Assembly (NCBI RefSeq): GCF_964355755.1
Contig: NC_092672.1
Location: 29,580,437 to 29,644,436, forward strand
DNA from: Antedon mediterranea
Lineage: Eukaryota > Animalia > Echinodermata
DNA: 64,000 bases
Direction: 5' to 3'
The notes beneath the pieces are model-generated. The model saw only the letters and a program-made list of their open reading frames with translations, did not search any database and had not been told where the DNA came from. Position numbers and translations under genes: made by a program. Of this stretch, positions 1-13,009 are shown in pieces. Numbering within the stretch: the first letter of the stretch is position 1; each line of letters begins with the position of its first letter.

Positions 1-385
1 ATAACCTTTAATATTGTTGGATAAATTTCGCGGTCTTAGTGTCATGATTAGTATTTCATATTATGTTTAGCGCTAGATCCTATGGCGACGAACAAAACTT
101 TATGCGACGAATTTAATTCTAACTTTTCTGAATTCGAATTAAACGATCTCTTAGAAATATTAGATTAGATTATTAATAAATGTAATTACAATATTTAATA
201 CAAATTGTTTGTAAATAGTAGTACCCTATGCTTTGAAAAATGTCACCATCGATGCATATCCTTCTATTCCTTGGAGTGTCCAAAGGGAAACGGATATAAT
301 TCAATCCGATAATACGGTATCTGTACTAAAGTTTTCAAATTTAAAAAAAAAACGTCACTTGAATAACAAAATTACATTATTTTAG

Positions 386-3300
386 TGCCAATGTCTGCAG
401 TAGGCAAGAATCTGTTCGACATTCACGTGCAGTCTCCTACTCAGTCTCTCAACAAACTACAAGTTACACGATGTGTGGTTTTTGGGGCTTGTATCGCTGC
501 ACAACATATGGGTAAGTAAATAAAAAAATTAAAAAAAACATTAAGTATGTCTTTAATGAGTGACTATTTTATAGAGTGATTATTTTATATTGACCTGGAA
601 TGAAATAGACCTCTGAAGCTTCTAACATTTCGAGTTGTGTTGTTTTGTGTGTTCACAACTTCAACAAAAAGGCATCGTAAAAGGAAACTCATTCTCAGCA
701 ACCCTAAATATAAAATTATGATTGATGATGATGATGATATGAAATGAATAGCCATTATTTCTGAAATAATTTGGCAGCAGCAATTTTTTTTATTAAATAC
801 AATGGGTGACTCTACTTGACGTACTATAAAAGCAAATCTAAAGCTGAACATTCATTTCTTCAACTGCACAACATTTTTTTTTTAAATAAGACCAAGTAAG
901 CCTATGTTTCTCTATCCTTGAATGTTTTTGGCCCGTTAGCACATCTTTTTGTTCTACTTACAGTATTGCTTAATTCATAGTGTTTTGGCATTTTAGAAAG
1001 AATTAAAACTAAAGTATATTCTTTTAGAACTGCGTTGTTATACTTTTTTTTTAATTGATCAATTCTTTATATAATTGTTGTTATTTTCATTACTGTTGAT
1101 ATTATGTGTAAATACGATTTTCTTTAAGTCGTCGATATACCCGATCATACCGCATCCAGTATTTCAGAGTGTACTCGAGAAACTACTTTTGCTGTAGCGG
1201 TTGGGCTGAAGATGAATTAAGAGGCTGTACAATTTGTGAGTTTATAATTATAATACTTGGTATAATTGTATAAGTGAAATTAATTTGGCTGGCTTTAATC
1301 AAGCATTCTACTACAGTTGTTTTACTCTAACACATGTAACATGTATACAGTATCAGTAACATGTTGAATAGCAATTTTAGTTTATTTTATCTAAATAACG
1401 ATCTTTACTATAGCAATATGCCCACCCCATCACTGTGGTATTAGTTGAACTTGCGTGGATCCTGACACTTGTGAGTGCAACAGTGGATTTCAAGGAACAC
1501 AATGTCGTGTTACGCATAACAATAAACAATTTTACCAATTTCGTTAGTAAGATAAGAACACAGAAATTCATTTTCTATGTAGATTATTGTATATTACCAA
1601 AATTAGTGCTTGTGAAAAAGTGTTGAAACAATTAAATATACACTTTAGTAGTTTAGTTTAGTATAATAAATCAGGAATGAGATAAAAATGAGGTCAAATC
1701 TTGACAAAGAACATTCTAATATTAAGCATCTTTTTATTTTAATACTGCATTAGACTTTTATTACTGTCCACATTCTTGGAAACCAAGAACATATCTGGGT
1801 ATTTTTATATTGTTCATAAATGGATTGACATTGTAAATGTTTTTACATATATGATATTTTAAAGCTCTGTCTACACTGTCAAACTTTATGTGACAAAAAA
1901 ATGTCAAGTCCAAGAAAAAAAATAAAAATTGTTAAACCCCATAATGTTTTAATATTACTTTTTTAAAGATATCAACGAATGTGCGGATAACAACGGTGGG
2001 TGTGAACACCATTGTAGGAACAGAGATGGAAGTTACTATTGTGAATGTAACACGGGATATGTGTTGAAACCAAACGGGCGTGACTGTGAAAGTACGTTGT
2101 AAACTATCATACATCTTAAGTGAATGGAAAATTTGAAAAATGTTTCATTTCCAATCTAAGCTACAAATTACAACTTTAAAATAGACCCTGTCAACAACAT
2201 TTTTTCCCGTGAATTAAAACTGGCAAACTTTTGTTTCCAAACTCGAGCAAATACGAAGTTTTCCAAAGTTTGTAGTGGAAACCAAGAACATATCTGGGTA
2301 TTTTTATATTGTTCATAAATGGATTGACATTGTAAATGTTTTTACATATTATGATATTTTAAAGCTCTGTCTGCACTGTCAAACTTTATGTGACAAAAAA
2401 AAATGTGCCCATACGATGATGTCATATAAAACAGTCACATAGATAGTATCTTTCCACAAATTACCACACCACAATGAGCGATAAACAGCTTTTATACTTG
2501 TTTTTAATCTTACAGAGATTCTCTGTGCTGAAATTCCCTCGCCCCTCAACGGATATATTCTTTCTCCATGCGAGAATCAAGTAGGAAGTGAATGTAGTTT
2601 TGGTTGTGATTCCGGATATTTCCTCGAAGAAAACATTGTTACAGAATGTCTGCTGTCTGGCATTTGGAATAGCAATTTTCCAAAATGTATTGGTAAGTGT
2701 TACAGGCTTTTCTTACTAACCACAGCAGTCTAATAACAAGAATTTCCAATCATTTTTAAATTTAAGATACAGTTTGCTTTTTTCCCGTTCTACTCTTTCT
2801 CTGGTAATAAGACTAAAGTTTAGCCTTTTTTTTATAATTACGCTTGATGCAGAATACTTTCCTCTGATGTCCACTGATCCAAACAATACAAATGCCTATA
2901 CTGTAATCTATAACATTTCATAGGGAGTGGGAGTACGAATACCTCTTTCATGGCTGTGCTATAAGGAAACAATAACAACTATTCTGTGAGTTTGGTGTAA
3001 TAGGTATGCTCTAGCTTTTCATGGTTAAAAACCCTGATTCAAATCCTGCTGAGGGCGGTTCTTTGTTAAATTTTAATAAATATTTTTAATTAGCGTTGTA
3101 CGTTGTGACCTTGCAGTTGACCATCGATTTTGGGTCAAAAACTATTGTGGCCAAGTTTTGCAAGATTCGGATAAAAACAAGCTCTAGACTGTTCACAAAC
3201 AGACAACAAACATACAAGGAGTGTTTCTGTATCTCAGAGGAAATAAAGTGGAGTCTTATTCGGTTTGAAATAGCAATTGTTTTTTTTATAGAACATGCGA

Positions 3301-4113
3301 ACACAATTGCCATCTTATACCGAAGTATCAAAACAAAAAATCACATTTTGACCATGTCTTCATTCATTTCTTTATTTTATTTGAAGATTCCTCTATTACA
3401 CAACTACCTAAAGAGGAGTCACCGAAAGAGGTAAACTTACTACAGTAATAATTTTAGAAGTTTTGTTGGCTGGCAACTGCTGGTCGCTTGTAATAAGCAC
3501 TGTTGCTTTAGAAATTCCTAATAGAAGTACAGGATCAAATTTGTATTATAAAAAGAGTAAGGTAAGTGTTAATTTAATACGTTATCCAAAAGTTAAATAA
3601 TTGTACTGAGCATTTTTATATTTTCGAAGGACAACAGTAATTTGCCCTATCTCGTCGGAGGAGCTTGTGGAGGATGTGTTCTTTTTATCTTGCCATTGAT
3701 ATTCATCATCCGAAGAAAAGCAAAGACGTACAGAGGAGGTAAGTATTTTTTAAAACTAAATAACTGATTCTGACAACATTGCCTATTCGAAAATGTAAAT
3801 ATTGGTTCCCAATTGTAGGCCTACTGAACCCACGCAACACAACGACGTAGGCGCAACGCAAGCTTAATCCAATAATAAAAATCCCAACACTGTAAAAGTA
3901 AAAAAAAAATATTGTTACTAAATACAAGCTTTGTATGTAACCCATGCTTTAAAAAACATTTCTATAGCTAACGAGAAGACATGCGAAGACAATGACCTAT
4001 ATGAAACGGATCATTTGGAAGCTAAGTGTGTAAGGGAAGATACGGAAACTGTAGAAGGCATTGCAAATATTGAATCACTATATGAAATTGTGTATACAAC
4101 TTCAAAAATGTAA
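386..4113 (+). CDS. Type I membrane receptor, 5'-incomplete: EMI domain - (dead EGF exon) - cbEGF - sushi/CCP - stalk - TM - tyrosine-motif tail
   Basis: Phase-compatible AG/GT exons. 386-511 (ANVCSRQE...[14 protein letters not shown]) and 1129-1235 (RRYTRSYR...YFCCSGW...GCTI) form an EMI-like domain. 1969-2091 is a cbEGF ([30 protein letters not shown]). 2516-2692 is a CCP ([10 protein letters not shown]...[11 protein letters not shown]...[14 protein letters not shown]). 3387-3430 is a stalk, 3630-3738 the TM ([21 protein letters not shown] then RRK), and 3968-4113 the tail (DLYETD, SLYEIV) with stop. No signal-peptide exon found upstream within the window. Confidence 0.78.
1414..1509 (+). 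pseudogene. Disabled EGF-like exon of the receptor gene
   Basis: After acceptor TAG (1411-1413) it reads [30 protein letters not shown], a six-Cys EGF with TGA at 1446-1448 where Gly is expected. The expected phase-1 donor at 1510 reads TTACG rather than GT. Confidence 0.75.
1778..2406 (+). repeat. ~125-bp intronic direct duplication (about 1778-1904 and 2277-2406) flanking the cbEGF exon
   Basis: Near-identical ggaaaccaagaacatatctgggtatttttatattgttcataaatgg...ctttatgtgacaaaaaaatgt on both sides of exon 1969-2091. Confidence 0.9.
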
Positions 4114-4286
4114 AAAAAACATTATATTTCACTGTCGTTTCCCTTATAAGCAAAATACTCACTATTGTGTAAGATGAAGTTACTTGACATTGATTTGTTA
4201 TTGAGGTTAAGATTCATTTCATATACAGTTCTGATTCTTTTGCTAAGTTGTGCTGAAAACCACGATCGACACTGTTGACTTCAACC

Positions 4287-4520
4287 TTTTTTAGTCGCGT
4301 GCAACGCGGTTCTACAACTCATGTCGGTCGGTTGGTCGGTATAAACACTAACTTGAGCACGCGACTGCAGCCATGTAGGCGCAACATCTTTGGTATCATT
4401 AATCAAAACAGTATTGATAGTAACAAGGCCATATACATGGCTGCAGTCGCGTGCTCATTTACCAACCGATGGACATAGTGAGCTGTAGTGTCGCGTTGCA
4501 CGCAAACGCGACTAAAAATG
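4287..4520. mobile_element. Two short HINE/DINE-like elements in inverted orientation
   Basis: tttttagtcgcgtg...gtcggtcggttggtcgg...cacgcgactgcagccatgta on +, with a mirror copy ending cgcgactaaaa. Same motifs as 5467-6272. Confidence 0.55.
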
Positions 4521-5202
4521 TCACAGTATTGCAAATTAAATCTCAGTCTGTAAGGAATAAGTAATTGCCTTTTATCAATTCAAGGTACCCCCTGTATTGT
4601 ACTTCCACGTATAATAGGCATAAACAATGATATGCCTACCTGGAAAATAGTGCCGGTATTGTATAGACCTATTTATGTTGTATTTGATGTAAAAAATATA
4701 TTACATAAACCACGTCCTAAATGAGAGGCTACAGTAGTCAATATACCCAGTGTGTTTCCTAAGATTTCATTTTAAATAGTCGGAACGAGAAATAAAATTT
4801 GTATTTAATCTTACGAAATGATCCTATACATGGTTTTACTACCTCACATCACACTACCTACTAATATTCGTTGGACGCATGGCATCCATTTTTCCTGCAC
4901 TATATAATTTCCGCAATTTGTTTAGATCTGTAGAAATAAGGTAACTTCGCTAACTACTCAAAATAATAACACCATACATTCAATAAATCGGTTAACTAAA
5001 ACCTTACATCGATTTCGAAGAAACACGGGACTTTTCAAACAACCACATTCAATGACTGTTTTACTTACTAAAGTTTCGGAAAAGTTAGGGTTTTAGCAAA
5101 GAACTTATAACACAAGAATCTGCTGTTCGTCCGAAGCGCGTAACAATTTCGAAAGGCATTGTGGGATAGAATAGAGCTATGGATGGCGCCATTGTGAGCC
5201 AT

Positions 5203-5369
5203 GGAGTAGGGCGCCCGCATAAAATTAGAAAGTCAAAATCATAGAGGGGATCTGCTAATACTCTAGGGGGTAGAGTAATTGACTGAGGAGTAGGGCGCCC
5301 GCATCAAATTAGAAAGTCAAAATCATAGAGGGGATCTGCTAAATACTCTAGGGGGTAGAGTAATTGACT
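5203..5369 (+). repeat. Tandem duplication, 2 x ~83 bp
   Basis: ggagtagggcgcccgcat...ctagggggtagagtaattgact occurs twice. Confidence 0.9.
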
Positions 5370-5466
5370 TCCTATTTACAGCTCACTATGCCGGTCAGTT
5401 GGTCGGTAGGTCGGTCTGCAAACACTAACTTGAGCATGCGACTGCAGCCATGTATATGGCCTTGCT

Positions 5467-6272
5467 TTTTTAGTCGCGTGGAAGCGACACTATAGTTCAC
5501 TATGTCGGTCGGTTGGTCGGTCTGTCTATCTGTCTGTCTGTCGGTCTGTCGGTCCGGTATCACTATGCGTTTTATCGCTTTCTGACCTTATCTTCATATC
5601 GGTTTAATCTAGCTAGGTCAATTTTTCACAGTATATTCCTTATGGCCAGGAATCAATGTGGTTATGTTTTCACGGTGCGCAATAAAAAATTACGCGGTCT
5701 ACGCACGATTTAACGAAATCACGTTTGTAATCATATCTTCACAACCATGAATCACAATTAAATAAAATTTGGTACTCATAAATTTCAGGGCATAAATCAT
5801 CATATGGAAATACAATTACGTGCGTAGCGCATGTAACGCATGCGTACGCGCGCTTAAAATTTTCAAAATTTATTTTCGATGAAATAAGAGTACGTTTCAG
5901 GCAATTTTAAGCGTTTACAAAATTGCCATGAGTGCGCATATTTTTGCGCGCGCACTACGCGTTAAATGTTATTGCGCACTTTTTTTGCCCGATTTCTGTT
6001 TTCTTGACTTACTTTTCAACTCGAAATTACGTTATACGAGCACGTCAAAAGTGACAGGCTACGCACGTGTAAATTAAAAAAATATAAATGTTTTTAAACA
6101 TTTCAACATTTTTAAACATGTTCAGTAATTTCGGTCAGTATAGTTCACTATGTCGGTCGGTCGGTCTGTCTGTCTGTCGGTCTGTCGGTCTTTCTGTCGG
6201 TCTGTCGGTCTGTCTGTCGGTCCGGTATCACTATGCATTGTAGCACGCGACTTAATGGCTGTTGGCCTTGTT
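5467..6272 (+). mobile_element. Non-autonomous Helentron-associated (HINE/DINE-1-like) element
   Basis: 5' TTTTAGTCGCGTG subterminal repeat with a nearby partial inverted copy (GCGAC), (GTCT/GTCG)n microsatellite blocks, 3' CACGCGACT followed by a short stem (GGCT...GGCC), inserted in a T run. A short relative abuts it at ~5372-5465. Confidence 0.7.
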
Positions 6273-8014
6273 TAGATCAGTTTAGCTCACCTGAATGGAA
6301 ACACGAATTAGGAGTGTATTTATCAATCCCGTCAGTCGCATCCCCAGGATCATCACTGTCCTTCCATACAGACGAGGATGTTGCTGTCTTTTTAAAAGAC
6401 ACGAGTGCTGAAATATGATTTTTTTTTTTTTTTATTGATAAATAAAGGCATCTTTTTTTTCTTCTAAAAACTAACTAATTGTATTTGGGACTTTATAGTC
6501 TATATTATGACGTATACTCGTAGGGTACTATGCCTAGAGACAATAAATTAATTCGAGATAGTTTTTATTTTATTTTATACAAATTAGTACTTTTTAATAC
6601 ATATTTATTAGTATTTAATATATTTTTTTGCAAAAACAAATTGGAATCGAGTTTTTGGTTGACTGAAAATATCAATTTCTTGGGGATGTACGAATGCATA
6701 ATAAGTTGGCCTATCATAGAATTTCAAAATTGTTATTTTAGTACTACCTATTTGAAGAAAAAAACTAGAATCAACTCACCCGCATTAGAATTCAAAAAGT
6801 TGAAAAGGAAACAAAAACAAATAATCAAATACATCGTGAGTTTGTCTCTTGTTAAAACGGATTGACTTGTTACTTGAACATCTACTTCCGAAGGTATGCA
6901 TGTTGGTTACATTCTTTCTGTTAATAAACTGACATTGTAATCCTACTGCGCTTGTATACATATTCAAAAAATGTAGCACAATACAAACGTGTGAATGCAT
7001 GATTTGTGTTAACAAATATAAGAAATAATTTAAATTTGTATTGAACAAAACTTGATCATAAAATATGAATTTTTAATAATTTTAGGCCAAACTATAGATT
7101 ACCGGTAGTAATGAATGAATATTAATTAACTATTTAAATGCATAATTGAAAAAAAACCAGTGACCTTGGAGGAACCACGTTCCAAAAGTGCCCTCAACGT
7201 TTAAGAGAGTTTACTTATAGGAATTAAATGCGCCTGCGTAAACTAAAGAGGCGCTCTGGCGATGAGATTTAGAATCTTCCTTACTTACAGCAGTAGTAAC
7301 TAAATTCAATGAATGGATGCTTCACTAAATAATTGAGTAACTATTCTTGGATTATTGAACTTTGACCTCAGCAACGCATTAAAAAAACAATTGATCTCAT
7401 GGATTGTCGTATACTGTAGTCAAATTAGCTATAAACACGATTTTGTGCCATAACGGATTTCTACAATCCGCATTATTTATAGAATTTTGCTAAAAAAAAG
7501 CTATCATTAGAATTTAAAATATTATTTGAAAAAACAGATGTGGTTGTAAGATTTGTTTAATTATTGAGAAAGCATACAGTTTGATAATGTCAGCCATAAT
7601 GTCTATAATGGTGAATATTTTAGAGATAGAAAAAGATCAATAAAATAGATCGACAATATGCAAATCCTTGTTTATTCTATAAATTTATAATTCGCTATCA
7701 TTTTCATAATTATAGAAAAAAACATACTAGCTTTTTTAGGTTAAAATATACTGTCCGTTTTCCAAAACAACAATAGACATTACACAATGAGTTTTGTTCG
7801 GATTATGAGCTTCTTATTTAAACTAGGTTTAATGTGCAGAAACTGCTTTATTTAATAAAAAAAATAAATGGTATGGGCCAAAAAAATCTTTATAATGTCC
7901 ATTTTTTTCGCGAAGTACACACAAAGCAAAGAAAACAAATTTTAATAACTGCAGAATATTTTTAATTTTTAATCATTCATTGTTTTAATACAACTTTACT
8001 ATAAAGTTCATCTG

Positions 8015-8470
8015 CATGGTCATAAACATTATGACTACAGTATATGGTTGAGCTATTGTTATAAAAAGTACATGGTCATAAACTTGACTACAGTATATGG
8101 TTGAGCTATTGTTATAAAAAGTACATGGTCATAAACTTGACTACAGTATATGGTTGAGCTATTGTTATAAAAACTACATGGTCATAAACTTTATGACTAC
8201 AGTATATGGTTGAGCTATTGTTATAAAAACTACATGGTCATAAACTTTATGACTACAATATATGGTTGAGCTATTGTTATAAAAAGTACATGGTCATACA
8301 CTTTATGACTACAGTATATGGTTGAGCTATTGTTATATAAACTACATGGTCATAAACTTTATGACTACAGTATATTGTTGAGCTACTGTTATACAAACTA
8401 CATGGTCATAAACTTTATGACTACAGTATATGGTTGAGCTATTGTTATATAAACTACATGGTCATAAACT
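8015..8470. repeat. 56-bp minisatellite, ~8 copies (two are 53 bp)
   Basis: Unit acatggtcataaactttatgactacagtatatggttgagctattgttataaaaact. Confidence 0.95.
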
Positions 8471-9471
8471 CAAAGCAAAAATCGCTGTTCATTTCCTTAA
8501 AAAAAAGAGTACGTATTAGTTTTAAAAAGTAAATAATATACATTCATACAAAATATCATGATATATTTATGCTGAGGTGTTTGTTGCATAAAAGCTGGGC
8601 CAATACATTGCGCACCATGCTAATCAGATGCTGTTTGATTGATTTTATCTTATGAATTAATCAGGAGGCATGTTTCTCCAGTGTACTCCACTAGATATCG
8701 TTCATGTTATTTGATAATTTTAGGTTCGCACATAAAATGATCAGTGGAAGCATGCATTGGTGAATGTGACCCAACATAGTTGTGTGGAGTAAATAGTTGA
8801 ACTTTGTTATAGCTGCTGAATCTATACTAAAATCAAAATTCTCTTGTTAACCAAAAAATATATGTGTAGCCTATCAATATTGATAATATTCTCATTACAT
8901 TTAGTTAATATTATATTCTACAACAGAATTCAAAACAGAATAAAGTTTGTCAAAGTTGAAACACAATAGAGCAAGTTCTATCGTGATATTGTGAATCGAA
9001 CAGTCTAGGCGAAAATATCATGTAATTTCTTCAAACATAGTAAAAAATGTAAACCTTTTATACTTAATAAATAAACTAATATGTTATTTTTTGTTTTTTA
9101 CCTAATAAATGCAAACCTAAGCCTACCTACTAATAATATGTAAACAATTTAACTGTATAATAATATGTAAACATTTTTACCTAATTATGTAAACATTTTT
9201 ACCTAATTATGTAAACATTTTTACCTAATTATGTAAACATTTTTTACTCACTAACATGAATATTCTTGTTATAGAAAAGATGAAAATAAAAACATTGTCT
9301 TTGTTTCTTTTTACAACATTTAAAAAATGTTAAATCATTGATTTATTATTTGTTTTATTAGTATTATTTTCTTTTTCTCTTTCTACTTTATTGTATTGAC
9401 TATTTTTATTTCCAGTATTATTCAATTACAACAACAGTTTTACCGGACGTAGTACTTGACGAATTAAATCT

Positions 9472-9578
9472 TGTTTTTTCTTTTTTTTATTTCATTTCAT
9501 TTCAACACAAACATAATACAACATTAATAGATAAGGTAACTATTAAACAAATAAAAAGAAAAACGATAATTTAAACAC
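9472..9578 (-). mobile_element. 107-bp 5'-truncated retroposed insertion with 14-bp TSD
   Basis: gacgaattaaatct duplicated at 9458-9471 and 9579-9592. The minus strand ends in (gaaat)n plus an A-rich tail. Confidence 0.65.
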
Positions 9579-10059
9579 GACGAATTAAATCTGGTTCAGT
9601 ATTTGACAAATTATTACCGTTAAATTCTTCACAGCTTTTAATTTCGTGATTAAAAATAATTCCGAAACAATTTATGTTTCTGCGACATCTCTACTGCGCA
9701 GAAGACCACTGAGTGTGTAGAAAAACGGCTTATAACCGATGGTGGCGCAGTTCCAGTTGGCTTAACGTGAAAAAGGTTTGGTTTCGGGGATTCATAACCT
9801 GTATATTATTTAGAGTTTAAGATTTAAGTTAGAATACGATAGTGACAAATACGATGTCGGGGATAAAATTATATTAACCTGGTATGGTACCTTTATTTAC
9901 GGAAAAAATTGTCCATATAAATAGATTCTCAACAATTTCCGAATTGTGGAATAAAATATCAGCAATTTATATATTTAAAGTCAAAGTAATCGTGCTTAAT
10001 TACTCGGCTTTCTACATTTTGATTGGTCACTGTTAATGATTTCATTCTCGATAAAGCCT

Positions 10060-10360
10060 ATGCGCTTCACATACAAATAAAAGTAATCCATGAAATAAAT
10101 AAAATAAAAAGAGCAATTAAAAACAATGAGAGTGACAGGCCACAAGATATATAAGGATCTCAACTGATTGAAAATGGTTTATCGAGGGTAAAAATACTTG
10201 TTGAAAAGATGAGTTTTTAAAAGCTGTTCAAATAATGGTGGTTGTGTTAGCACAGGTAGACTACTCCAAAGGGTAGCTACCGCCCGCATAAATGAGTGTT
10301 TCCCGTAAAATTGAGTTGATGGTCGATCGGCTATGGTATGAAAAGAGAGAAGCTGATAAC
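10060..10360 (-). mobile_element. L2/CR1-group LINE 3' fragment
   Basis: ORF2 C-terminal signature GKHSFMRAVATLWSSLP...FEQLLKTHLF followed by a T-rich 3' UTR. Confidence 0.65.
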
Positions 10361-10734
10361 GGGAGGATAATTGTGCGTATAGGAAGGAATACATTATAGT
10401 AGAAACAATCTTTTGGGACAACCCTATTGTTATGTTTAAATGTTGTTTGCATTGGCTTTTCCATACAATTTGATGACGCCCTCAATTACAATTTTACTAC
10501 AGAACTTTTACTGTACAGGTATTAAGTTTTCATGGATACGGGCTGCTTGGCGACAGTCTATACGGCTATACGAGGAAAAGCAACTGCTTTATTATTAGAC
10601 CTATTATAGTTAATTTTAACTGCTTTATTATTATTACAGTTAATTGATCTTTTTAAATATTGCAACATATAATACAATGTAACTCAACACGGACGTTACT
10701 TTATTTACATTACAATTTACATACATTTTCTTTG

Positions 10735-12560
10735 TCCTGTTTCTTATACTACTGTATTACCTATTATCCAAAAGACTATGAAGTTTGTTTTTTTTTCTTT
10801 CGATGTTAAGTTAACAATGTCCTGGCAAATTGATACAATTTTAACATGGTTATCAGGGCTTACATCAACATAATTTAACGTGTTGGGTTCAACTGTGGCG
10901 CCAATGCACCATGCTATTAAATTGTAAAAGTGGAATGGAATCACCTCTATCGCTTCATTCAGATTTATATCTTGAGATGTTGCAGGCCTACAACTCATTT
11001 TATTTCATTGTGTACAATTGTACCTGCATTGAAAACAGTTCTAACTTTCTCCAGACTTACATCAAGATGCATCGCTTGAATGGTGTTTTCAGTTCCCATT
11101 GGATCATCAGATATATCACCAGTTCAAAACTCCTCATCAGATGACCTCATAAGATCTAATACATTTACAGTTGAAAGTTCTTCTTCTGTAAATACCATTT
11201 CACCTCGGGTTTTACGATAAGACTTTTGGAAGCACAACTGCGGAAAGTCTTTCTCAATCGTTTTTTAATGTTATCAGCTCTAAAATAGGAATTTATTGGT
11301 GTTAATATTAATTTTCATGGACATCAACATAATAATAAAAATAATATTAACAAACTAGGACAGAATTATTTGAATAAAAGTAGAATGTTCATTAAAACAT
11401 GAGTTTGTTTTTATTATGTTTTATTTAGAGTATGTATTACTTTTGTACATGTACCTGTAATTTATTGTTTCAATACCTTCATGATGTTCAGCAATCTTTA
11501 TAAACAATTGTACCAATTCCGGCATCCTTAACATTTCTTTATTTTGTATGAGGCGCTCCTGAATGACTGTTTGCTTGAAAACTGTATAAGATGTATCATA
11601 CACCGATTTCATTGATTTATTCAATCTAAAAAAGAAAATTAAAATTGCAATATTATAACTAACAAATTAATAGACGCTTACTATATAACTTTACAATAAA
11701 ATATAATGACAAAAAACAAGAAGATCGACGACGTTTCGGAACCATCATGGAACCATTTTCAAGATCAAGTGATCGAATTATACAAAAACAACAAACACCA
11801 ATAGTGGCGTTCACATCGAACTATGGCCAGTTAATTTAACTAGATTATCTATATGATCTCGCCATAATTTGGATGTGAACGCTCAATTATGTCCGGATGA
11901 TGGATTTTTTCTGAACAATTATTGTTGCTTGGATTTAGAAATAAATCCAAGGATAGCCAGTTATTTTATGAGGGTAATCCAATTAACAACCCAGCAGGTG
12001 GCCTTCAGCCTCATTTGCACCAATGAGATTGAAGAATTTTGGAACCCAATTGACCATTATTATGGTCATTTTTATATTTAACATTTGAATTGCAAAGAAT
12101 ATGCTTATTCTTCTTTATTGTGTACCCTATAAAATGTCCTAAAATTAAATGAACTATATCTGACGAGGACAAAGGTATAATAGAAAAGAAGAATAGAGTA
12201 GAAATACAAAAGACAGATCAACCACCCTCGTAACAATCAAAACAAATTGAATTAACTAGACATAATTGTACCAAAGAACGGGATTTGTCAAGGTTAGTCC
12301 AGTTAGTAGAACATTGTTAAATCCACTTCTTCTAGACAAATTAACATCAAAGAAGGCCTACAATGCTAATGGTTGGATACATGCCTTCATCGTTATTACT
12401 ATTTTCACTACTACTACTAGCACTAAGCCTAGATGTCGGCATAGATCTTTTTACAGCAGAAACAATTCGTTTTTTTATCAATAAAACGTCGGTAACATGT
12501 TGGGTGAAACCACTCATTATTCTGCAAATATTACCTTCAAATAGATGACGTGCGTGATGT
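10735..12560 (-). pseudogene. Degenerate, intron-containing Academ-like transposase (N-terminal part)
   Basis: Collinear minus-strand peptides broken by frameshifts and stops: WFHPTCYRRFIDKKRI (~12.5 kb), VIQERLIQNKEMLRMPELVQLF...INYR (11.46-11.62 kb), DNIKKRL/DFPQLCFQKSYRKTRGEMVF (~11.2 kb), IPFHFYNLIAWCIG...KIVSICQDIV..KKQT (10.78-10.95 kb). Resemblance to Academ proteins is from memory. Confidence 0.55.
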
Positions 12561-13009
12561 TTCGGCTAGGACACGACCAAAGATACTATAGCGCCACGAG
12601 TATTGTTTAAACACGATTGTATAGCGACTCTTTAACATCAATATATAGATAGTTCGACGATAACTTTATACTGAAATATTTTATTTTTTTTAAATGTCAA
12701 CTATTTTTAATCGTTTAACAGTAATTCACATTTGCTTATGGTGTATGGTACAAATATTTTTACCAGTGTTTTGACATTGGCCTATTAATAGTATTTTAAC
12801 TTTGGTCTATATAGAGTTTTTGCTATCTGATGTAATTTTCTTTTGTAGTTTTATTGTCTTTTATTATACCAAGCAAAATGAAATTCCATTTTAAGTTGAA
12901 CAATTTCTGGAATCTTGAATAGCTATAGCATGAACAAGTGTTAGTAAATTACAATTGCATGTACGACATAGAATACAACTTGACACCTGTGGATGTGAGC
13001 AATGGTATA

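Noticed and set aside
220-320. Possible upstream exon or start of the receptor gene
   Set aside because: Two frames hit stops and the open frame has no phase-2 donor; not supportable.
1446-1448. TGA as selenocysteine or readthrough
   Set aside because: The position corresponds to Gly, not Cys; all six EGF cysteines are present and the donor site is also broken.
2853-2985. Possible extra receptor exon ([15 protein letters not shown]...)
   Set aside because: In-frame TAG and no recognisable domain; exon 2692 splices in phase directly to 3387.
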